The notes beneath the pieces were generated by a model. That model saw only the letters and a program-made list of their open reading frames with translations, was not told where the DNA came from and searched no databases. Of a stretch of 64,000 nucleotides of DNA, positions 57,568 through 64,000 are shown one piece after another (positions within the stretch are counted from its first letter, which is position 1; each line of letters begins with the position of its first letter). A program made the position numbers and the translations under genes. The stretch spans positions 33,531-97,530 of the forward strand of contig DASWZV010000173.1 in the NCBI GenBank assembly GCA_036407095.1. The letters are read 5' to 3'. This DNA comes from Vicinamibacterales bacterium. GTDB lineage: Bacteria > Acidobacteriota > Vicinamibacteria > Vicinamibacterales > UBA2999.

Positions 57568-57689
57568 ACGCTGGGATTGTAGGCGAATCAAGCGGCGGGT
57601 CTTCGTACCCGCCTCGGACAAACCCGCTGGCCTTGGACCCGCCCTGATCGACCTATAATTCCGCCGTCTGTTTCGCTTCGAAAGGAGTC

Positions 57690-58148
57690 GTGATGGCTAT
57701 GCGTGTGGTTGGTGCTCTCATCCTGTCAGCGGTCGTGGCGGCGACCGTCGCCTGCAATTCAAGCTCGCCTGGGTCGAAGCCTGCCGCGACGACCGGCGGG
57801 CCGAGAGTGTATTTCGCCGAGCCCGCCAACGGCGCGATGGTGAAGAGCCCCGTGCACCTGGTGTTTGCGAGCGATCAGTTCACCATTGCCGCCGTGCCGC
57901 AGGGTGAGGTGAAAGAGGTTCGCGCGAACACCGGCCACTATCACCTTGGCACCGACACCAAATGTCTGGCGCCCGGAACCGTGATCCCGAAGGCCGACCC
58001 CTGGATCCATTTCGGCATGGGGAACAACACGATCGACATGCAGCTGACGCCGGGGCCGCACACGCTGGTGCTGCAGGCCGGCGACGACAAGCACACGACC
58101 ATTACCGGGTTGTGCGAAACGATCTCGGTGAATGTTACCGGCGAGTAA
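57690..58148 (+). CDS. DUF4399 lipoprotein
   Basis: TVAC lipobox, VYFAEPANG, GHYHL, IHFG, LTPGPHTLVLQAGD. Confidence 0.85.
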   Translation: MMAMRVVGALILSAVVAATVACNSSSPGSKPAATTGGPRVYFAEPANGAMVKSPVHLVFASDQFTIAAVPQGEVKEVRANTGHYHLGTDTKCLAPGTVIPKADPWIHFGMGNNTIDMQLTPGPHTLVLQAGDDKHTTITGLCETISVNVTGE

Positions 58149-58151
58149 GGA

Positions 58152-58178
58152 AACGGAGGGCACGGAGTGCCCTCCGTT
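58152..58178. terminator. Hairpin between convergent genes
   Basis: AACGGAGGGCAC-GGA-GTGCCCTCCGTT. Confidence 0.6.
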
Positions 58179-58962
58179 ACCTCGCCCCAACGAACTCCCC
58201 TAGAACGCGATTGAAATCGTCGGCCCTTTCCACGTTACTGAGGTGGGCCGACTCGAGTGTCGCCAGTTTCGATCCCGCGATCCGGTCGTGGATGAACTCG
58301 AGTCCCTCGGGCGGTGTGGCCATGTCGGTCCGGCCGGCGATCGCGAGCACCGGGCATCGAATCGACGCGATTGCCTCCCGCAGATCCTCGTCGCGCATCG
58401 CGGCGCTGCAACCCGCATAGCCGGCCGGTGAACACTGCGAGAGCATCGAGTGGAACTGCTGAACCGTCTCCGGTTCACGTGTCCGGAAGCCGTCGGTAAA
58501 CCAGCGACCCATCGTCATGTCGGCGAGCGCCGCCATCCCTTGTTCCCGGACGAACTGAATCCGGTCGATCCAGAACCGGGTCGAGGCAATGCGGGCGGCC
58601 GTGTTCGCGAGCGTGAGCGTGCGCAGGCGCTCGGGCGCATTGACGCCGAGCCACATTGCGGTGATGCCGCCGAGCGAGATGCCGCAGACGTGCGCTTTCG
58701 CCGCGCCCTCAGCGTCGAGGATGGCGAGCGCGTCGCGCCCGAGTTGCGCGATCGTGTAGTCGCCTGCCGGGACCGACGATCGTCCGTGACCGCGCGCGTC
58801 GTACGCGATGACCCGATATCGATCGGCGAGTGCGGCGACCTGACGCGACCAGAGTTCGCGTGTCGTACCGATTGAGTTGATGAAGAGGATGGTGGGCGAG
58901 CCGACGGCGCCGTCGATCGAATAACTCAGGCGGACGCCTTCACGATCGACGGAACGCTCCAT
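58177..58962 (-). CDS. pcaD: 3-oxoadipate enol-lactonase-like hydrolase
   Basis: NSIGT, YDARGHG, GISLGG, RWFT, AHLSNVE. Confidence 0.82.
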   Translation of the reverse strand: MERSVDREGVRLSYSIDGAVGSPTILFINSIGTTRELWSRQVAALADRYRVIAYDARGHGRSSVPAGDYTIAQLGRDALAILDAEGAAKAHVCGISLGGITAMWLGVNAPERLRTLTLANTAARIASTRFWIDRIQFVREQGMAALADMTMGRWFTDGFRTREPETVQQFHSMLSQCSPAGYAGCSAAMRDEDLREAIASIRCPVLAIAGRTDMATPPEGLEFIHDRIAGSKLATLESAHLSNVERADDFNRVLGEFVGAR

Positions 58963-59074
58963 AGCGAGAGCGATATTACAACGCCGGGCCCAAAAGACAG
59001 GGCCCAGCCTACACCGTCCGAACGCGCTAAGTGACAGTGTCGGCCGGGCCTGATTTGTAGGCCCGGCGCGACCG

Positions 59075-60259
59075 TTAGTGCTTCTGCGCCGAGGCCATCG
59101 CCTGCTGACCGCGGGCGTGGCTGGTCGAGAAGATCACGTGCAGCGCCATCAACGCCTGCAGGGGGTGACAGCCGGCCTCGGCCAGCGGCCCGACGTGATC
59201 GCTGACCTTGCCGCCGAGTCCGACGTTGATCATTGACTTGGCCGCTTCGCGCTGCTTGCCGTGCAGGTCGTACTCGTCGCAGACCTTCTCGAAGTCGTTG
59301 ATGATGCGATTCCGCAGGTCCTGACTGTGGCGCGATTCGAACAGCAGCTTGTTCAGCCCGTACGCCTCCGAGGGCGGGTGCTTGTAGAACATGTAGCCCT
59401 GGTCGACGAACTTGAACCCGCCGTACTGCTCGGCGACCTTCGACGGCGCGTTGGTCCGCGCCCGCTCCGGCAGGAAGCGCATCATGCAGAGTCCGTGGTG
59501 CCAGGTCGGGATGTAGTCGATCAACTCGCCCTCGTGCCGGCCGATCGCGCCGAACATCACCGCCCAGCTGAGGAGCTCGGTGTTGCCGACTTCATCGAGC
59601 TGCGTGCCGGTCATGTTGAGCAGGGCGTCCATGTTGCCGGCTTCCCACTGCGACACCAGCCAGCGGTCGAAGTCGAACTCCGGGTAGTTGTATTTCGTCG
59701 TGCCGGGGAAGTGCGACATGCCTCCGCTGGCGATGATCGCCACGCGCTCCTTGCGTCCTTTCACGATCGAGGCGATCGCCTTCCCGAGCGCCTCGCAGCG
59801 GCGCGGCGTCGGCAGCGGCGGCACGTACACGTTCGTGAAGAACGGCACCACCGGGATGTTGCGCTTGCCGATCACGTACTCGAACGGAATCGAGAAGGCG
59901 TGACCCAGCTCGGCATCCTCCGAGTAGGCCATATCGAAGTGGTGGTCGACGACGAGCTTGTTGAGGATGTCCTCGGCGAGCCCGCGATGGATCGGCAGGT
60001 TGTGCTCGCGGCCCGCGAACTTCGCGACCGCACGATCGCCAGCGACGATGGCGAAGGAGGGCACGCAGCTGACCGAGAACGTCTCGACGTGGTCGGCGCC
60101 GAAGAACAGGATCGCGTCCGGCTTCGTTTCGTCGAGGACCTTGCCAAGCTCCTGCATCCCCCGGCCCGCCTGGTCGAGCTGCTGCGGGTTCTCGTCCGGC
60201 GGCCGCGTGAACATGTACGGCGTATGGCAGGTCCCGACGGCGGCAACAATTTCACCCAT
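59075..60259 (-). CDS. Type II extradiol dioxygenase, LigB domain fused to a C-terminal LigA-like domain
   Basis: CHTP, DHVETF, LGHAF, SGGMSH, E; tail LNKLLF...DFEKVCDEYDL...GCHP. Confidence 0.82.
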   Translation of the reverse strand: MGEIVAAVGTCHTPYMFTRPPDENPQQLDQAGRGMQELGKVLDETKPDAILFFGADHVETFSVSCVPSFAIVAGDRAVAKFAGREHNLPIHRGLAEDILNKLVVDHHFDMAYSEDAELGHAFSIPFEYVIGKRNIPVVPFFTNVYVPPLPTPRRCEALGKAIASIVKGRKERVAIIASGGMSHFPGTTKYNYPEFDFDRWLVSQWEAGNMDALLNMTGTQLDEVGNTELLSWAVMFGAIGRHEGELIDYIPTWHHGLCMMRFLPERARTNAPSKVAEQYGGFKFVDQGYMFYKHPPSEAYGLNKLLFESRHSQDLRNRIINDFEKVCDEYDLHGKQREAAKSMINVGLGGKVSDHVGPLAEAGCHPLQALMALHVIFSTSHARGQQAMASAQKH

Positions 60260-60270
60260 TTCGCAACTCC

Positions 60271-60323
60271 TGACCTGTGACCTTTGACCTTTGACCTTTG
60301 CCTTTTGACCTTTGCCTTTTGAC
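60271..60323. repeat. TGACCTT heptamer tandem repeat
   Basis: About 7.5 units filling the intergenic gap. Confidence 0.85.
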
Positions 60324-60328
60324 AAGGC

Positions 60329-61261
60329 CTAACTATTCATGGCCTTGTCGATCTTATCCAGCAGCGCCATCGTTTTCACGCAGCTCGCGGCGCTCGATTC
60401 CGGCTCGCGCCCTTCGCGAATCGCGCCGACGAACTCGACGTCCTGCCGGTCGAAGGCGGCGACGCCGTCGAGCTGCACGTCCTTGCCCTCGCTGTCGGTC
60501 ATCGAATCCCGGTAGACCTTGTAGGTCTCTTCTTCACCGATGTAGCGGTAGAACCCGCCGAACGGCCCTTTGTTGTTGAACGACATCGCCATCGTGAAGA
60601 GTGGGCCCTTCTTCGATTTCATCGCGACCGAGAGGTCCATCGGGATCTTCAGCTCGGCGTGGTCGGGCCCCTTCTGCCCCCAGGCCTGCCAGTTGGGATC
60701 GTCCACGATCCAGTGCGCCAGATCGACGGAGTGGCAACCGTGATGCCAAAGCAGGTTGTCGACCCACGATCGCGGCTGGCCGTGCATGTTCAGGTTTGTG
60801 CGGCGGAAGAAATAGGTCTCGACCACCATGTGGTGGAGGTGGAACGTGCCCTCGTTGATCCGCCGGCGAATCTCGCGATGCGGGCTCGAGAAGCGGCGTG
60901 TGTGCGTGACCATGCACACCTTTCCGGCCTTCTTCGACGCATCCAGCATCTTCTGGGAGTCCGCGAGGTTGAGAGCCATCGGGATCTCCACCTGCACGTG
61001 CTTGCCCATGGAGAGGGCAAGCAGCGTCTGCTCGCAGTGCTGATCGGAGGGCGTCGTCAGAATCACCGCATCGACACCTGGGCGATCGATGCAGGCCCGC
61101 AGGTCGGTCGACCCGAACGGAATATTCCACTTCGATGCGAAGTCTTTCGCGCTCTGCTCGGTGCGCGCCGCGATCGACACGACCTCGACGTCCTTGATCT
61201 TCGCCAGGGCCTTCACGTGGATCTCACCCATGGCGCCCGTGCCTGCGATGCAAATCTTCAT
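60329..61261 (-). CDS. ligC: Gfo/Idh/MocA oxidoreductase, LigC-like (CHMS dehydrogenase)
   Basis: GKHVQVEIP, HTRRF, TYFFRRTN, RSWVDNLLWHHGCHSVD. Confidence 0.8.
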   Translation of the reverse strand: MKICIAGTGAMGEIHVKALAKIKDVEVVSIAARTEQSAKDFASKWNIPFGSTDLRACIDRPGVDAVILTTPSDQHCEQTLLALSMGKHVQVEIPMALNLADSQKMLDASKKAGKVCMVTHTRRFSSPHREIRRRINEGTFHLHHMVVETYFFRRTNLNMHGQPRSWVDNLLWHHGCHSVDLAHWIVDDPNWQAWGQKGPDHAELKIPMDLSVAMKSKKGPLFTMAMSFNNKGPFGGFYRYIGEEETYKVYRDSMTDSEGKDVQLDGVAAFDRQDVEFVGAIREGREPESSAASCVKTMALLDKIDKAMNS

Positions 61262-61280
61262 AGTCCTCCGAATCGTGTCC

Positions 61281-61349
61281 GCCGGGTCCGAAGGACCCGG
61301 CCTACACTACGCGCTTAGCGAGAGTGTAGGCCGGGTCTTTAGACCCGCC
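61281..61349. repeat. Head-to-head REP pair
   Basis: GCCGGGTCCGAAGGACCCGGCCTACAC...GTGTAGGCCGGGTCTTTAGACCCG; similar at 58984-59067 and 49996-50019. Confidence 0.75.
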
Positions 61350-61374
61350 GTTCACAACCCTTCAATGTACTCCA

Positions 61375-62280
61375 CTATTCCCAGTACAACCGCATCGGAT
61401 TGTCGACGAGCAATTTCTGCTGCGACTCGCGCGTGGTCGCGATCTGTGGGATGTAGTCGACGAGCAGCCCGTCGTCGGGCATGTGGTTCTTCAAGTTCGG
61501 GTGAGGCCAGTCGGTCCCCCACAAGACGCGATCCGGGAATGTATCGACCAGCCGCTTCGCAAAGGGAACGACGTCGCGATACGCGTGCTGTTCGCCGTCG
61601 AGAGCGGGAGGTCCGCTCACGCTCAATCGCTCCGGGCAGCTCACCTTCGACCAGATGTTCTGATGCTCGCGCATCATCTGCACGAACAGCTCGAACTCCG
61701 GTCCATCGACCGGCTTCGTGACATCGGGCCGCCCCATGTGATCGACGACGACGGTGGTCGGAAGCGACGTGAAGAAGTCCCAGAGTTCAGGCAGGTCCAC
61801 CGCTTCGAAGTAGATCACCACGTGCCATCCGAGCGGCGCGATGCGATGCGCGATTTCGGTGAGCACATCGCGCGGCGTGAAATCGACGAGCCGCTTGACG
61901 AAGTTGAAGCGCGTGCCGCGCACGCCCGCTTCGTGCATCCCTCGCAGCTCGGCATCGGTCACGCTGCGATCGACCGTCGCGACGCCGCGCGCCCGGCCGC
62001 GCGATGCGCGCAGTGCGTCGACGAGCGCGCGATTGTCAGTCCCGTGACACGTCGCCTGGACGATGACGTTCTTGTCGAAGCCCAGGAAATCGCGCAGCGC
62101 GAAGAGTTGTTCTTTCGACGCATCGGCCGGCGTGTACTTGCGCTCGGGCGCGTACGGAAAGACGTCGCCGGGGCCGAAGACGTGACAGTGCGCGTCGACC
62201 GCACCTGCCGGCACCTTGAATCGAGGCTTCGATGGACTCGGGTGGTAGGTGAGCCACCCCGGTGTGACGGTAAAGCTCAT
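61375..62280 (-). CDS. ligI: 2-pyrone-4,6-dicarboxylate lactonase
   Basis: VDAHCHVFGP, VQATCHG, RFNFVKRLVD, DHMG, WGTDWPHPN. Confidence 0.93.
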   Translation of the reverse strand: MSFTVTPGWLTYHPSPSKPRFKVPAGAVDAHCHVFGPGDVFPYAPERKYTPADASKEQLFALRDFLGFDKNVIVQATCHGTDNRALVDALRASRGRARGVATVDRSVTDAELRGMHEAGVRGTRFNFVKRLVDFTPRDVLTEIAHRIAPLGWHVVIYFEAVDLPELWDFFTSLPTTVVVDHMGRPDVTKPVDGPEFELFVQMMREHQNIWSKVSCPERLSVSGPPALDGEQHAYRDVVPFAKRLVDTFPDRVLWGTDWPHPNLKNHMPDDGLLVDYIPQIATTRESQQKLLVDNPMRLYWE

Positions 62281-63281
62281 GGCGTCGGGACGTCGAGTTC
62301 TTCGGTATCGATTTCGGCCTGGACCGCCGGAGCATAGCGGGCACCGGAGACCGTCTTCGGGCTGATGAGCGCACTCAACCGGTTCTGCATGTCGCGCGAC
62401 AGCGTGATGGTCGTTGCGCCGACGTTCTCCTCGAGATGCGCGATGCTCGTCGTGCCAGGAATCGGATGAATATGCGAACCCTGCGCGAGCACCCAGGCCA
62501 GCGCGAGCTGACCCATGGTGCAGCCCTGCTCGCGTGCGAGCGCCGGCACGCCTTCGAGCAGCTTCAGATTGGCGGGGAAGTGTTCGGACTGAAAGCGCGG
62601 CATGCCCAGGCGGATGTCTTTGGGCGGCAGTGTCGAGACATCGCGGAGTCCGCCGGTGAGGAATCCACGCGCGAGCGGACTGAACGCGACGAAGGTGATG
62701 CCGAGCTCACGGCAGGTATCCAGCACGGCGACTTCAGCGTTGCGCGTCCAGAGCGAGTACTCCGTCTGCACGGCCGCGAGCGGGTGCACGCGGTGCGCCT
62801 TGCGAATGGTGTCGGCCGAGACCTCGCTCAGGCCGATCGCGCGCACCTTGCCTTCCTTCACCAGATCGGCGACCGCCCCGACGCTTTCCTCGATCGGCCG
62901 CCGCTTGTCCCAGCGGTGCAAGTAGTAGAGGTCGATCACGTCGGTCTGCAGACGCTGAAGGCTCTCCTCGCAGTTCTTTCGGATCATCTCCGGACGGCCA
63001 TCGATCTCTCGTTGACCCTGAGCGTTGCGGAACATGCCGCCCTTCGAGGCGAGCACGTATTCACGCCGCCGGTCCTTCAGCACCTTGCCGAGCAGCGTTT
63101 CGTTCGCGCCAAATCCGTAGAGCGCGGCCGAGTCGAGATGCGTGTAGCCGATGTCGAGCGCGCGATGCAGCACCCGTGCCGCGGAGGCCTCGTCGGGCGG
63201 CGTGCCGTAGGCGTGCGAGAGGCACATGCATCCGAGGCCGATGGCAGAGACGTCGAATGGACCTAGTTTTCGTGTGTGCAT
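62277..63281 (-). CDS. Aldo/keto reductase
   Basis: IGLGCM, DSAALYG, IDLYYLHR, GLSE, EYSLW, PIPG. Confidence 0.92.
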   Translation of the reverse strand: MHTRKLGPFDVSAIGLGCMCLSHAYGTPPDEASAARVLHRALDIGYTHLDSAALYGFGANETLLGKVLKDRRREYVLASKGGMFRNAQGQREIDGRPEMIRKNCEESLQRLQTDVIDLYYLHRWDKRRPIEESVGAVADLVKEGKVRAIGLSEVSADTIRKAHRVHPLAAVQTEYSLWTRNAEVAVLDTCRELGITFVAFSPLARGFLTGGLRDVSTLPPKDIRLGMPRFQSEHFPANLKLLEGVPALAREQGCTMGQLALAWVLAQGSHIHPIPGTTSIAHLEENVGATTITLSRDMQNRLSALISPKTVSGARYAPAVQAEIDTEELDVPTP

Positions 63282-63296
63282 TTCTTAAAGACTAGT

Positions 63297-63431
63297 AATT
63301 CAAAATGCAAAATTCAAAATGCAAAATGCAAAAAAGAGCGCCTCGGAAGGCGACGCGGCTCCGTTCTCTCCGAGCCTTTCTTCTGCGTTCTGCATTCTGC
63401 ATTTTGCATTTTGCATTTCGCATTTCGCATT
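63297..63431. repeat. Inverted heptamer arrays (AATGCAA)n / (TTTTGCA)n
   Basis: About 5 units at 63297-63333 and about 7 complementary units at 63381-63431. Confidence 0.85.
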
Positions 63432-64000
63432 ACAGAGGCACACCCGCTGTCTCCGATCCGCCGAGCCACGCCCGCCCTTCGGAGTACAACTTTTCCACCG
63501 CTTCACCCCTCAATCCCGGCAACCCGTCTTTCACGGTGAATCCGCTTCGGGTCTGGAGATAGCCGAGATGACGGTAGCCCTCCGGGAATTTCTGCAGCAG
63601 CGAGTGATCGAGCGAGACGCGCACTGACGGGTCGACCGGATCCATCCGATCTTTCTCGTAGATCGGCTGCCGGCGCACGATCCCCCATCCTTCGACTCCC
63701 TTCGGTCGCTCAGGACGAGCCCCTCTCTTTTCGAGGAAGTCGTAGAAGCGCCCGGTGCAGACGACGTCCACGAGAAAGCCGTCCACCTTCGCGCGCTGGT
63801 TGATCGTCATCTTCGTCTGCGCGATCGCCCGGGCGCCGGCCACTTCACACGTGAAGCCGCCGAGAAAGTGCAGGATGCTCACGCCGCGCTCGAAGCCGTC
63901 GCGACTGACTTCGATGAACTTCGCCGCCGGCCCTTGAAACCAGGTCGCGGTCATCCAGCCATCGTCGTGCCAGACGGTCGCGAAGCGATCCCAGTCGCCC
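63430..64000 (-). CDS. SnoaL/NTF2-like protein (5' end beyond window)
   Basis: GDWDRFATVWHDDGWMTATWFQG, ILHFLGG, CTGRFYDFLE, QPIYEKDR. Confidence 0.85.
   Translation of the reverse strand, partial: GDWDRFATVWHDDGWMTATWFQGPAAKFIEVSRDGFERGVSILHFLGGFTCEVAGARAIAQTKMTINQRAKVDGFLVDVVCTGRFYDFLEKRGARPERPKGVEGWGIVRRQPIYEKDRMDPVDPSVRVSLDHSLLQKFPEGYRHLGYLQTRSGFTVKDGLPGLRGEAVEKLYSEGRAWLGGSETAGVPL

Noticed and set aside
60260-60325. N-terminal extension MSKGKGQKAKVKGQ of the dioxygenase, and ORFs 63276-63627
   Set aside because: These are translations of heptamer arrays; the ATG at 60259 has its own AGGAG RBS.
49894-63431. CRISPR array
   Set aside because: The units are 7-bp tandem repeats with no spacers, and there are no cas genes.

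Overview
GC-rich bacterial chromosomal segment. The gene families (Oar-type TonB-dependent receptors, DUF6152, wHTH-TPR regulators, GTAG REPs) suggest Acidobacteriota/Vicinamibacterales; this is inference. (1) 1-16.2 kb: mostly + strand accessory genes (frameshifted M13 peptidase, ECF41/SigJ with two matching promoters, HabB-like protein, M16 peptidase) interleaved with three families of long palindromic repeats. (2) 18.1-27.8 kb: an actinobacterial-style phospho-signalling/peptidoglycan operon (FHA, unannotated 32-aa TM protein, PP2C phosphatase, Ser/Thr kinase, RodA-PBP fusion, FHA) with a divergent wHTH-FHA regulator. (3) 28-43 kb: recQ, OPT transporter, HD-GYP, TetR-aas, ExeA-SPOR, plus gene remnants ending at long hairpins. 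(4) 43.5-64 kb: GntR, DUF6152 cassette, two TBDRs, a heme/Cu-monooxygenase-like TPR protein and a protocatechuate/gallate-type meta-cleavage pathway (ligJ, ligK, ligBA fusion, ligC, ligI). Several genes carry short palindromic repeats inserted in frame. No rRNA, tRNA, CRISPR array or transposase was seen. All family calls come from motif recognition, not database searches.
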